Assembly: GCA_965203095.1 (NCBI GenBank)
Contig: OZ241877.1
Coordinates: 1,632,001 to 1,696,000, forward strand
Direction of reading: 5' to 3'
DNA from: Bdellovibrionales bacterium
GTDB lineage: Bacteria > Bdellovibrionota > Bdellovibrionia > Bdellovibrionales > UBA1609
DNA: 64,000 nt
In this document: one piece after another, positions 1-9,686 of the stretch
Position numbering within the stretch: the first letter of the stretch is position 1
How the letters are laid out: each line of letters begins with the position of its first letter
Translations under genes and position numbers: made by a program
The notes under the pieces: model-generated
Told to the model about the DNA's origin: nothing
Databases searched by the model: none
The model's input: only the letters and a program-made list of their open reading frames with translations

Positions 1-2
1 CA

Positions 3-932
3 CTTGCAGTCGTTGAGGAGGCGGTTTCAGGTCCGTTTGAAGATGGAGGGTTAGAAGAGTTAGCCTCTTACCTTGAAGATATCGGCCCGTTGCCAGCCAA
101 AAAAAAGAAAAAGAAAAAGATACTATCTGAAGAAGAAAAAGCAGAGAGAAAAGAAATAAGAAGAAAAGAAGCAGAAGAAAGAAAACAGAAAGCCGAAATC
201 GAAAGAAAAGAAGCAGAAAAGAGAAAAGCAGAAAGAAATAAAGGAGCCACTGCACTCCATCACCTTGTTCCTGAAAAAAGACTATCAATTAATTTAGAGC
301 TTTCAGACAGTGTAAGCTATTCATTTTTGATAAAGTTCAAAGTTATAGAGGAAAAAAGCGAAAGACGAAGAGCAAATATGGCGAATACTATTATAAAAAA
401 CGGTGTGGATATCAATGCCAAAAACGGTGATGGTGAGACTGCTCTGCTTTTATCCATTAAATGGCATTATCCATTGGTTTTTAAACAACTTTTAGCTCAT
501 GGAGCCGATATCAATCTTTCTGACAAGTGGAATAACAGCCCTGCCCATTGGCTCTTTTCCCTGCCCAATGAGAGGGTGTTCCCTCCTGAACACTGGCGTT
601 CCTATTATGTTGAGGATTTTGTCCAAAGATGGTTTAGCTCGCTTTTTTATAAAAAAGATCTGGATTTATCTATCAGAAATAATGAAGGAAAGACAGCCTT
701 AGAGCTGGCTGTTCAAAATGGCTATCGGCGAATGGCCTTATTGATAATAAAAAAAGGAACGGGCTATCTAAGCCAGAATGAAAGAGAGCGTATCCTCCGT
801 CAAGCTGTAGAACAGAGCTGGCCGGGGGTTGTTAAACGACTAAGCAATAGGAACAATCTATCGACTTCAACTCCCTCCCCCAGTTTTTTTAAGAACTGCC
901 GAAGAGTTTTTTCTGGCTTTTCTCCAAAGTGA
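3..932 (+). CDS. Ankyrin-repeat protein, 5' end outside the window, with a Lys-rich/charged coiled-coil segment
   Basis: Frame is open from base 3 to the stop at 932. ANK motifs: GVDINAKNGDGETALLLSI, GADINLSDKWNNSPAH, RNNEGKTALELAV. Stop overlaps the trmD start (GTGA). Confidence 0.85.
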   Translation, partial: LAVVEEAVSGPFEDGGLEELASYLEDIGPLPAKKKKKKKILSEEEKAERKEIRRKEAEERKQKAEIERKEAEKRKAERNKGATALHHLVPEKRLSINLELSDSVSYSFLIKFKVIEEKSERRRANMANTIIKNGVDINAKNGDGETALLLSIKWHYPLVFKQLLAHGADINLSDKWNNSPAHWLFSLPNERVFPPEHWRSYYVEDFVQRWFSSLFYKKDLDLSIRNNEGKTALELAVQNGYRRMALLIIKKGTGYLSQNERERILRQAVEQSWPGVVKRLSNRNNLSTSTPSPSFFKNCRRVFSGFSPK

Positions 933-1729
933 AGTTTCAGATCTTATCCCTTTTTCCAGAGTTTTTTAAATCCTGCTTTCAAGTGGGGCTGTTAAGTAAA
1001 GCCATTCAAAACTCCCTTATTCAAGTGGATCTGGTGGATATCAAAAAATTTACAGGAAAGGGGAGGGCAGACAGCTATCCTTTTGGAGGGGGCGATGGCA
1101 TGTTGATAACTTATGAGCCTTTAAAAAAGGCCCTCCAATCTGTTAAAAACCCTGGCTGGCGGATCTATTTGTCGGCCCAAGGAGAGAGATGGTCAGCTCA
1201 AAAGGCAAGAGATTACTCAAAAAAATATAAAAATCTCAGTTTGATTTGTGGTCGTTATGGGGGGATAGATGCTCGCTTTGTTCAGGACTTTGTAGATGAG
1301 GAAATCTCTATTGGAGATTATATTTTAAACGGAGGGGAGGCTCCCGCCCTTGTTTTAATAGAGAGCCTTTCCCGATTTTTGCCCGGCTTCTTAGGCAATA
1401 AAAAATCCTCTCAACAAGAAAGTTTTGAAAACTCCCTTTTAGAAGGCCCCGCTTGGGCTAAACCCCGCGAGATCAAAGGGCATAGCCTCCCTAACTTGAT
1501 CTTGAGTGGCCATCACGAAAATATAAAAAAACTCAGGTTTTACAGCTCCTTACTTTTGACATGGCTTAAAAGGCCCGATCTTTTAAAAGAAAGGGAAGAT
1601 CTCAAAGCCCAGCTCCCTCAAGCCAAAAAGTTTTTGAGCTTTTTGCCAGTAGAAGAGCTGAAAGCCCTTGGCTTTTGCAAAAAACAAGAGGCTTTAGCCT
1701 TATTTCAACAGGATAAAAAGGAACATTAA
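929..1729 (+). CDS. trmD: tRNA (guanine37-N1)-methyltransferase
   Basis: SLFPEFF, PFGGGDGM, LICGRYGGID, EISIGDYILNGGE and LSGHH motifs; upstream of rplS. Confidence 0.95.
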   Translation: MKFQILSLFPEFFKSCFQVGLLSKAIQNSLIQVDLVDIKKFTGKGRADSYPFGGGDGMLITYEPLKKALQSVKNPGWRIYLSAQGERWSAQKARDYSKKYKNLSLICGRYGGIDARFVQDFVDEEISIGDYILNGGEAPALVLIESLSRFLPGFLGNKKSSQQESFENSLLEGPAWAKPREIKGHSLPNLILSGHHENIKKLRFYSSLLLTWLKRPDLLKEREDLKAQLPQAKKFLSFLPVEELKALGFCKKQEALALFQQDKKEH

Positions 1730-1740
1730 TAGAGCAGAGG

Positions 1741-1932
1741 TAGTCCCCCGTGAAAAAGTCTCAGTAAGACCTTCTCATTCTCTGCTTTTACAGGGGCAGA
1801 CTTTTCAATCACTTTTGCCTAAAGGCCGTCCCATGAGGGTCCAAGGTATTGCCGTCCCGAAATGGGACGGACCTTTAGGCAAAGAAACTGAAGAATCCCC
1901 TGTGAATTATAGAGGTTTTTCACGAGCGACTA
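1741..1932. mobile_element. MITE/REPIN-like element, copy A (hairpin subtype 1)
   Basis: Terminal IRs TAGTCCCCCGTGAAAAA / TTTTTCACGAGCGACTA. Internal ~21-bp stem (1814-1834 / 1862-1883) around a 27-nt loop identical (reverse complement) to the loops at 40852 and 55430. Confidence 0.8.
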
Positions 1933-1991
1933 TTTAGTTTACTTCAAAAAAAACTTGACCTCCTCCCACAGTGCTTGTAGGAAAAAGGGCT

Positions 1992-2336
1992 ATGGATAAA
2001 ATTCGGGAAATTTGCCTCAAAAGCTATCCTTTAAAAAACAACTCTCTCCAGCCGGGGGACACAGTTAAAGTCTCTCTCCTGGTAAAAGAAGGAAGTAAAG
2101 AGAGGGTCCAAATCTTCGAGGGGCTTGTGATTAAAATCCAAGGGCAGGATTTTTGCCGATCCTTTACTGTGCGAAAGATCTCCTCAGGAGTGGGGGTGGA
2201 GAAGACCATTCCCCTGGCCAGCCCTTATATTAAAAATATAGAGATCTTGTCTCGTGCTCGAGTCCGAAGGGCCCGTCTTTTTTATTTGCGTCGTCTCAAA
2301 GGCCGAGCTGGTCGCTTAAAAGTCAAAAGTCAGTAG
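1992..2336 (+). CDS. rplS: 50S ribosomal protein L19
   Basis: PGDTVKV, KERVQIFEGLVI, FTVRKISSGVGVEK, VRRARLFYLR. ATG at 1992 preferred over GTG at 1971. Confidence 0.97.
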   Translation: MDKIREICLKSYPLKNNSLQPGDTVKVSLLVKEGSKERVQIFEGLVIKIQGQDFCRSFTVRKISSGVGVEKTIPLASPYIKNIEILSRARVRRARLFYLRRLKGRAGRLKVKSQ

Positions 2337-2494
2337 CCCCCTGTTATTTTTTTAAGAATAGCCGGCTTTTTCATGGTTCTATTTTTCTGAAAGTTGAACC
2401 CAACAAATCGCCTGCTTAGAAGAGCTGAGAGCATAAATTTTCTTTTTTGCACTTATCTTATAGACTGGAATGGACAGGAAACTAAAGGAAAGTT

Positions 2495-4333
2495 TTATTG
2501 ATTTTTAAGGTTATGGTTTTTTGGTAAAAAAATTAATATTAAAATCAGTGCTATTAAACTGAACCATAAAACTATGGGGTTGATGAGATGGCCCCATAAG
2601 GCAAACACAGTTTTTTGTTCTCTGTTTGAAGAGTAGGGGACTTTTACAAACCAAGCCCCTTTTTTAGCAGGAAGGATAGTCAGCTCCCCTTTAGCAGAGA
2701 TCACAGCAGAGAGGCCGGAGTTGGTCCCGCGAAGTAAGGGCCGGCGGACTTCTATCGCACGGGCTAAAGTCATATACAGATTTTGCAAAGGTTCTTGCCA
2801 ACTTCCAAACCAAGAATCATTGGCAACATTGATTAAAATGTCCGCCCCCGATGTCGACAGATCACGAGTGAGCCTGGCAAATAAAGACTCATAGCAAATC
2901 TGAAATCCCAAATTCAATCCGTTGAGAGAAATAATTTTATTGTCCCCATGCCCTTTGTCAAAAGTGATGTCTCCAAAAAGGCTTTTGCTCCACTTGGGGA
3001 AAAAGTGAATGAAAGGGGCCTTTTCCCCAAAAAGCATTAAAATCATTTTGTCATAAGAACCTTGAACTATCCGACCCTCCCTATCAAAAACAAAAATAGA
3101 GTTGCTTTGTTGAGACTGGTAATGCCCTTCGGCTGAAACAATTAAAGGGGTGTTAAAAACCAAGGGCCATTTTTGCACTGGATCCTGACCTTTTAGGGCA
3201 TATTCTTTATTTATAGGATAAGGCCAAGCTCCCTCTGGCCATAAAATGAAATCTAAGTTTTCTATAGCAGAATGTTCCATAAGGGCTGGCCCCAGCCTCT
3301 TTTTTTGAGAAGTTTTTGTAGGAAAAAAAAGATCTCCCTCAAGGGGAGATTTATACTGATCGGGCCACAAAAGCCGGGAAGTCTCTTGCAGGAGTCGGGA
3401 TGAGATAAAATCATCCCATTGTTCTTTTCCTTGTTTTTGATTTTCAATATGGGGTTGAACCAGCAAAACAGAGGCTTGGCTGTCGGGTGCTGTCCATCGG
3501 CTTTTTAAATAAAGCCCATAAATATTGAGGCTGAAAAAAAGGGCCAAGCCAATAGATAGAGGGACATAAATGCCTTTGTTTTTTATTGCCTGAGAAAAGA
3601 CAGACCGAAGAGATAATTTTTGAACTGAGAGTTTTATTTTTTTAAAAAATAGGCTCAAGGTATGAGCTAAAGCCTTTTTCTTTTGAGTTAAAATACCTTT
3701 AGGCTGAGAGGAAAGTTGGAAAAAAGATTTATGAAAATTTTTGAAAGCCAATAAAAACAGAAAGTTAAAAAACAAAGTCAGGCTGTTTAAAAATTGAAAG
3801 CCCCATATTTCTGCTGTTTGAAAGGCGGGCCATCCGGCATAAAGCCAAGTGTAGCCAAAGTGCCATTTAAAAATGATATAATAATACTCCATGCTCAATA
3901 GGGAATAGAGAGGGAGAAATAAGAGTGAAATTTTTTTAAGAGCGGTGTCAGATTTTTGGGGACTTTCCCACACGAAGGATCTGATAGGGATCAGGGCCTT
4001 CTCACTAAAGGACCAAAGGCTCAAAGCTATGGGGATATGAAGATTGGCTAAAGAGGCAAAGGCTATAAGGCCCAACAAAGACAGGGGCCAAGGTAAAATA
4101 TCAAACTCTTTTATTGTGTAATTTAGGTAGTTAAAGCCGATTAAAGTTCCTGCAAATTGTGAGAACCAGCCCCCAATAAAAAGGGATTTAAAAGATGGTC
4201 TTTTTAAAGCAAAAAACCAAAGGGGAACATAGCAAAAAAATAGTGCCCAAGGAGGGAAGGGGATAAAGCTTAAGCCCATTAAAATGCCGGAAAGCAAAGG
4301 CAGAAAGTAAAAACGGATGAACCGGACAGGCAT
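2495..4333 (-). CDS. lnt: Apolipoprotein N-acyltransferase
   Basis: N-terminal TM helices plus a nitrilase-fold E-K-C triad: WPEGA, YDKMILMLFGE, QICYES; NDSWFG; RAIEVRRP. Confidence 0.93.
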   Translation of the reverse strand: MPVRFIRFYFLPLLSGILMGLSFIPFPPWALFFCYVPLWFFALKRPSFKSLFIGGWFSQFAGTLIGFNYLNYTIKEFDILPWPLSLLGLIAFASLANLHIPIALSLWSFSEKALIPIRSFVWESPQKSDTALKKISLLFLPLYSLLSMEYYYIIFKWHFGYTWLYAGWPAFQTAEIWGFQFLNSLTLFFNFLFLLAFKNFHKSFFQLSSQPKGILTQKKKALAHTLSLFFKKIKLSVQKLSLRSVFSQAIKNKGIYVPLSIGLALFFSLNIYGLYLKSRWTAPDSQASVLLVQPHIENQKQGKEQWDDFISSRLLQETSRLLWPDQYKSPLEGDLFFPTKTSQKKRLGPALMEHSAIENLDFILWPEGAWPYPINKEYALKGQDPVQKWPLVFNTPLIVSAEGHYQSQQSNSIFVFDREGRIVQGSYDKMILMLFGEKAPFIHFFPKWSKSLFGDITFDKGHGDNKIISLNGLNLGFQICYESLFARLTRDLSTSGADILINVANDSWFGSWQEPLQNLYMTLARAIEVRRPLLRGTNSGLSAVISAKGELTILPAKKGAWFVKVPYSSNREQKTVFALWGHLINPIVLWFSLIALILILIFLPKNHNLKNQ

Positions 4334-4410
4334 TTAAACTGATTTTGCAATCCTTACTTTCATTGTTTCAGACATATTTAATTGGTTTAGTTTATATCTT
4401 TCTAAAAAAT

Positions 4411-4893
4411 CTACCAATTGTAATGGGAAAAGGCCCTGTTGGATTCCGCCATTCGATGGACATCTTCTTTCTTTTTAATAGAACTTCCCCGTCGTTTGTA
4501 AGCCTCAAGCAGTTCTCTACCTAAGCTTTCAGCAAAAGCCTTGCCTTTTCTGTTTTTTCGAGAATGATGAACTATCCAACGCATAGCCAGAGTCACGCGA
4601 CGGGCCGGACGCACATCCACAGGCACCTGATAAGTGGCCCCTCCCACACGACGAGAGCGGACTTCTAAAGAGGGCTTGCAATTGTCAACAGCTTTTTTAA
4701 AAACAGATAAAGGCTCTTCGGAAGACTCCCATTCTTTTATTTTTTTAAGGGCAGAGTAAAAAATTTGGCGAGCCTTCTCCTTTTTGCCATGCATAGTCAG
4801 TTTGTTGATAAAACGAGCCACTGTGAGATCTTGAAACATTGGGTCAGGAGCAATGTTTCTCATCAACTTTCTATTCTTTCTTCTTCTGGACAT
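4411..4893 (-). CDS. rpsG: 30S ribosomal protein S7
   Basis: EVRSRRVGGATYQVP; HRMAESNRAFSHY. Confidence 0.98.
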   Translation of the reverse strand: MSRRRKNRKLMRNIAPDPMFQDLTVARFINKLTMHGKKEKARQIFYSALKKIKEWESSEEPLSVFKKAVDNCKPSLEVRSRRVGGATYQVPVDVRPARRVTLAMRWIVHHSRKNRKGKAFAESLGRELLEAYKRRGSSIKKKEDVHRMAESNRAFSHYNW

Positions 4894-4895
4894 AT

Positions 4896-5270
4896 TTATT
4901 TTTTAGGTTTTTTAGAACCGTATTTGGAGCGAGCTCTTTTCCTCTCCGCAACCCCTTGAGTGTCTAATGTGCCTCGGACAATATGATAGCGAACCCCCGG
5001 AAGATCTTGGACCTTGCCTCCACGAACCAAAACCACACTGTGCTCCTGCAAATTATGGCCAATTCCGGGAATATAGGCATTGACCTCAAAACCTGTGGAA
5101 AGCTTCACCCTGGCGACTTTTCTTAAAGCCGAATTGGGTTTTTTAGGGGTTGTTGTAAAAACCCGTGCACAAACCCCTCTTCTTTGAGGCGATCCGGACA
5201 GGGCTGGAGATCGGGATTTGGACTTTGGCATTGTCCGGCCTTTCCTGATCAATTGGTTTTGTGTAGGCAT
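4896..5270 (-). CDS. rpsL: 30S ribosomal protein S12
   Basis: [10 protein letters not shown] start at 5270; [27 protein letters not shown]. Confidence 0.98.
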   Translation of the reverse strand: MPTQNQLIRKGRTMPKSKSRSPALSGSPQRRGVCARVFTTTPKKPNSALRKVARVKLSTGFEVNAYIPGIGHNLQEHSVVLVRGGKVQDLPGVRYHIVRGTLDTQGVAERKRARSKYGSKKPKK

Positions 5271-5385
5271 ATTTTTCTCGTTTTCAGGCAAAATAAACTG
5301 AAGGAGGAAACAAAGTCAAGTGTTTTTTTAAACCGGCCCCAACAAGGCTTTGACAAAGCTTTTAAGCTGTGTTTTGTGACTGTAT

Positions 5386-6189
5386 ATGAATCCCGACCTC
5401 ATCCATAAAACCTTTCTCAGTGGGGAATTGTCCCCTTCAGCCAAAAAAGCCGTTCAAGAAAGTATAAAGGCTTTAGATGAAGGGAAGATCCGTGTTTCAG
5501 AAAAATCAAAGGGAAAGTGGCAAGTCAATGAGTGGGTCAAAGAGGCCATTCTCCTATATTTTAAAATAAGCAAAATAAAGGAAATATCCTCTGGAGATTT
5601 TAATTTTTTTGACAAAATTCCACTAAAAAAATGGACCGGCCGGGAGGCCGTCCGGGTGGTGCCACAAGCTTTGGCCCGCTATGGTTCTTATATTGCAAAA
5701 GGGGCTGTGCTTATGCCCTCTTATATCAATATAGGGGCTTATGTGGCTGAAGGTTCTCTAATTGATACCTGGGCCACAGTAGGTTCCGGTGCTCAGGTGG
5801 GAAAGGGGGTTCATGTCTCTGGTGGAGTGGGCATAGGTGGGGTTTTAGAGCCGGTGCAAGCTCAACCTGTTATTATTGAAGATCATGTTTTTATCGGGAG
5901 CCGATCCATTATTGTAGAAGGGGTTTTGGTTCGCGAAAACGCAGTGATAGCCGCAGGAGTGGTTCTTACAAAAAGCTCTAAAATTTTAGATCTGACACAA
6001 GATAAGGTGAGAGAGTTGAGGGGGGAAGTCCCTAAAAACTCTGTTGTGATACCAGGGAGCCGGAGTAAAAAATTTCCGGCAGGAGAGTTTCAAGTCCCCT
6101 GTGCCCTAATAATAGGCAAAAGATCGGAGAAGACAGACAAAAAAGTCTCCCTCAACCAATGTTTAAGGGAATGGAATGTCCCCGTTTAA
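5386..6189 (+). CDS. dapD: Tetrahydrodipicolinate N-succinyltransferase
   Basis: WQVNEWVKEAILLYF, DKIPLK, RVVPQALAR, DTWATVGS, GGVGIGGVLEP. Confidence 0.95.
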   Translation: MNPDLIHKTFLSGELSPSAKKAVQESIKALDEGKIRVSEKSKGKWQVNEWVKEAILLYFKISKIKEISSGDFNFFDKIPLKKWTGREAVRVVPQALARYGSYIAKGAVLMPSYINIGAYVAEGSLIDTWATVGSGAQVGKGVHVSGGVGIGGVLEPVQAQPVIIEDHVFIGSRSIIVEGVLVRENAVIAAGVVLTKSSKILDLTQDKVRELRGEVPKNSVVIPGSRSKKFPAGEFQVPCALIIGKRSEKTDKKVSLNQCLREWNVPV

Positions 6190-6602
6190 GAAGGGCATTG
6201 CTCGTCAATCCATCTTAAAAAGGCGGATGAGGCCCGGCTAAAAGATATGGCCGAAAGCCCGGGGCATTCATAAGGATGTTTTTTAATTAGCTCTTCTGAC
6301 ATTTTTTTATAAAGAGATTTTTTGGTTTTGCAAATTAAAGCCAGTTCCACTTCCTTTTGAAACTTCCCTTTCCATTCATAAAAAGATTGCCCTTTTGGGA
6401 AGAGATTGGCACAAGCAATTAATTTTAAAGATAAAAGATGGCGGGAGATCATTTCGCCCGTTTGAGCAGAGGGGACCATGCAATAGACCAGTAAAAAATC
6501 CTCTGGCCGGAGATCGAGATTTTGAGAAGATTCCTGGCTTGGTTCAATAATAGACATTTTTGACATCTCTCGTAGATTAAACTCCTTATTTGGTAAATTC
6601 AA
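6186..6602 (-). CDS. cutA: CutA divalent-cation tolerance protein (start uncertain)
   Basis: LIACAN, SFYEWKG, ELALICKT, HPYECP. Confidence 0.88.
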   Translation of the reverse strand: MNLPNKEFNLREMSKMSIIEPSQESSQNLDLRPEDFLLVYCMVPSAQTGEMISRHLLSLKLIACANLFPKGQSFYEWKGKFQKEVELALICKTKKSLYKKMSEELIKKHPYECPGLSAISFSRASSAFLRWIDEQCPS

Positions 6603-6665
6603 GGGGCTGGACTTGAAAAGTCCTAAAATAGAGTTTAAAATTTAAAAAATAAGGAATCCATTGCA

Positions 6666-7943
6666 TTGGAAAAAACAGGCCCAAAACTCTCTCCTGAACA
6701 ACAGTTCCAGATCCTATCCCAAGGTGTTGTGGATATCATTAGCGAAAAAGAGCTGATGGATAAACTGAAATTAAAAAGAGCTCTTCGGGTTAAAGCCGGC
6801 TTTGACCCTTCAAAACCGGACATTCATTTAGGCCATGCGATTTTGATCAACAAGCTTTGCCAGTTTCAATCCGCTGGCCATGAGGTGATCTTTGTTGTGG
6901 GGGACTGGACAGCCTGTGTGGGAGATCCTTCGGGCCAAAACAAAACCCGCCCTCTGCTCTCTTTTGCAGAGGCAAAAAAAAACTCCCTCAGCTATGCCCA
7001 ACAAGCTATGGGAGTCAATTTTAAAGCCCCAAAAACTTTAGATGAACGAGGCCGTCAAATTTTTTCCTTTTTTAAAAAATTAGATCCCAAAAAAACAAAA
7101 TGGGTATATAACTCTGAGTGGATAGACAAAATTTCCCTTAGAAAATTTATTATCTCCATGTGCTCTAAGCTCACGGTGGCTCGGCAGTTGGAGAGAAAAG
7201 ATTTTTCATCAAGATACAAGGCCGGCCGGCCGATTGCTTTGCATGAATTTCTCTACCCTCTTTTGCAGGCTTACGACTCGGTCCATCTGAAGGCGGATGT
7301 AGAGATAGGCGGATCAGATCAGCTTTTTAACCTCCTTTTAGGTCGTTCTTTACAAGAGCAACAGGGGCAAAAGCCTCAAGTTGCACTCAGCCTCCCCCTT
7401 CTGGAGGGGACTGATGGCCAACAAAAAATGTCAAAAAGTTTAAACAATGCCATTAGTTTTAATGACCCTCCTAAGGATATTTATGGCAAGGTGATGAAAA
7501 TCTCTGACCAACTCCTATCTCGCTATATTCATCTATTTACTGAGGGAAAAACCAACTTGCAAGAGCTTTTTCAATCGGGAAAGCTTTTTCCCAAACAGGA
7601 GAAAGAAAAACTGGCCTATCTTTTAGTTTGTGCTTTTTACAGTGAGGCTAAGGCTGATGAAGTGCAAAGGGAATGGAGAAAAGTTTTTTCCGAAAGGGGG
7701 CTACCCGATCATATTCCTAAAAAAAACATTCCCCCAGTAAAAAATGTGGGGATATGCCAGTTGCTAAAAGAAGTGGGGCTATTCCCTTCTGCAAGTTCTG
7801 CCCGGAGGGGGATTGAGGCTGGAGCTGTTCGAAAAAATGGGCAAAAACTTACTGATTTTCAAGAAAAGCTGAACCTGGGTCCGGGTGCTGAATTTTTATT
7901 GAGTTTTGGAAAAAGAAAAATAGTTCGGGTCAAAGTAAAATGA
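6666..7943 (+). CDS. tyrS: Tyrosyl-tRNA synthetase
   Basis: KAGFDPSKPDIHLGH, YPLLQAYDS, GGSDQLFN, KMSKS, C-terminal S4 domain. Confidence 0.97.
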   Translation: MEKTGPKLSPEQQFQILSQGVVDIISEKELMDKLKLKRALRVKAGFDPSKPDIHLGHAILINKLCQFQSAGHEVIFVVGDWTACVGDPSGQNKTRPLLSFAEAKKNSLSYAQQAMGVNFKAPKTLDERGRQIFSFFKKLDPKKTKWVYNSEWIDKISLRKFIISMCSKLTVARQLERKDFSSRYKAGRPIALHEFLYPLLQAYDSVHLKADVEIGGSDQLFNLLLGRSLQEQQGQKPQVALSLPLLEGTDGQQKMSKSLNNAISFNDPPKDIYGKVMKISDQLLSRYIHLFTEGKTNLQELFQSGKLFPKQEKEKLAYLLVCAFYSEAKADEVQREWRKVFSERGLPDHIPKKNIPPVKNVGICQLLKEVGLFPSASSARRGIEAGAVRKNGQKLTDFQEKLNLGPGAEFLLSFGKRKIVRVKVK

Positions 7944-7971
7944 CTTTGTATTGTAAAAAGGATTTTTTAAA

Positions 7972-9462
7972 ATGACTTCCCAAAAGCCTTTGCCTTTAAA
8001 AATTTACGATACTGCCCAAAAAAAGAAAAGGCCCTTTGCCCCTTTAAACCCCCCTCATGTTAAGATGTATTGTTGTGGCCCCACCGTGTATGATTATCTT
8101 CATATTGGGAATTTTCGCGGGGCGGTGTTTTTTAATTTTGTTCGGAACTGGTTGGAGTTTTTAAATTACAAAGTGAGCTATATTTATAATTTTACAGATA
8201 TTGATGACAAAATTTTAAACCGTGCCGAGGAGGAAAAGATCTCACCACAAAACTTGGCAGAAAAATACATTCAGGAATTTAAAAAAGACTACCAATCCTT
8301 AAAACTCAAAGCTCATACAGCTAACCCCAGAGCTACGGAGACTTTGCCGGAGATCATCTCCTTAATCCAAAAATTGATAGTTCAGGGCAAAGCCTACACA
8401 GTGGATGGGGATGTTTTTTACTCTACCCGCTCTTTTAAAACTTATGGCCAGCTCAGTGGGAAGGATTTAAATAGCCTCCGGGCGGGTGCCCGTGTGGAAG
8501 TCAATAAACAAAAAAAAGATCCCTTAGATTTTGCCTTATGGAAAAAAAGTCGGCCCAATGAAAGCTGGCACTTTAACAGCCCTTGGGGGAAGGGGCGACC
8601 GGGATGGCATATTGAGTGCACAGCCATGATTCATAAATTCCTTGGAGAGGAGATTGACATTCATGCCGGGGGATCAGATCTTATTTTCCCCCATCATGAA
8701 AATGAAATTGCTCAATCCACAGCCATTACCAATAAAACTTATGCCCGTTTTTGGCTTCATAACAATATGATCGTCACAAAAGGGGATAAGATGTCAAAAT
8801 CCCTTGGAAATATGATTCGCATGAGGGAGTTTTTAAACCAGTATCCTGGAGAGCTGTTCAAATTCTTAATTTTGTCTTGTCATTATCGCTCTCCTTTACA
8901 ATTTTCTAAAAAAAGCCTGGGGCAGGCCCTGCTTTCCCTATCAAAAATTTACTCCAGTTTGAACCAAGCTCGCCATTGCCTTCAGGAATCTTATTCTCCA
9001 GAAAAACCGGGTCCATTTTATTTAAAGTTTGAAGAAAGGCTTTTGCTGGCAGAAAAAGATCTATTTATGGCATTTAACGATGACTTTGCTACCCCTAAGG
9101 CTTTTGCGGTTTTGTTTTCCACCTTAAATTCCTTTCAAAAAATGATGAAAGATCCTTCAGCCTCTTTAAGTGATAAGGCCCTTTCTTCCAAAAAATATTT
9201 GGCATTTTTTAAAAAATACGGCCAAACTCTCTCTTTATTTCAAGAAGAACCCTCTGCTTTTTTAAAAAATTTAGATAACCAACTATTACAGCAAAAAAAC
9301 TTGAAAAGACAATCTATTCAACAGTTAGTGGATGAGCGATCCCATGCTCGGCAAAAAAAAGATTTTCACACAGCCGATCTTTTAAGGGAGCGATTGAGCC
9401 AGTTAGGCATTGAGATAAGGGACAACTCAAAAGGAGAGAGCACTTGGGAAGTCAAAAAATAA
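7972..9462 (+). CDS. cysS: Cysteinyl-tRNA synthetase
   Basis: CGPTVY..HIGN, DFALWK, GRPGWHIEC, FPHHENE, KMSKSLGN. Confidence 0.97.
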   Translation: MTSQKPLPLKIYDTAQKKKRPFAPLNPPHVKMYCCGPTVYDYLHIGNFRGAVFFNFVRNWLEFLNYKVSYIYNFTDIDDKILNRAEEEKISPQNLAEKYIQEFKKDYQSLKLKAHTANPRATETLPEIISLIQKLIVQGKAYTVDGDVFYSTRSFKTYGQLSGKDLNSLRAGARVEVNKQKKDPLDFALWKKSRPNESWHFNSPWGKGRPGWHIECTAMIHKFLGEEIDIHAGGSDLIFPHHENEIAQSTAITNKTYARFWLHNNMIVTKGDKMSKSLGNMIRMREFLNQYPGELFKFLILSCHYRSPLQFSKKSLGQALLSLSKIYSSLNQARHCLQESYSPEKPGPFYLKFEERLLLAEKDLFMAFNDDFATPKAFAVLFSTLNSFQKMMKDPSASLSDKALSSKKYLAFFKKYGQTLSLFQEEPSAFLKNLDNQLLQQKNLKRQSIQQLVDERSHARQKKDFHTADLLRERLSQLGIEIRDNSKGESTWEVKK

Positions 9463-9602
9463 ACCCAGGACCTTAAAGTCAAAGAGGAGGAACCTCCTTG
9501 TAAAGGAAGGGGTAGGAGAGGATAAATCTTTAAAAATAATGGATTTTTATGGCTGATTTTCCTGATGTTTTTGAGAGATTTCTGAAAAAAGTTATTTTTT
9601 TC

Positions 9603-9630
9603 TTGTTATTTCTCATAAAATAGATATAAT
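9603..9630 (+). promoter_or_regulatory. Sigma70-like promoter of the NYN gene
   Basis: TTGTTA-N16-TATAAT. Confidence 0.6.
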
Positions 9631-9645
9631 AGTATTAAATTACTG

Positions 9646-9686
9646 CCCCCTTGACTTGCCTTTTGGCCCTCATGTGGGGTTTTTTT
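9646..9686 (+). terminator. GC hairpin plus T7 tract directly before the NYN ATG (attenuator or small-RNA candidate)
   Basis: CCCCC-TTGA-CTT-GCC-TTTT-GGC-CC-TCA-TGT-GGGG followed by TTTTTTT and ATG. Confidence 0.6.

Noticed and set aside
1814..1883. Hairpins as integron attC sites
   Set aside because: No clear RYYYAAC/GTTRRRY boxes, no integrase, and they are not arrayed between cassettes.
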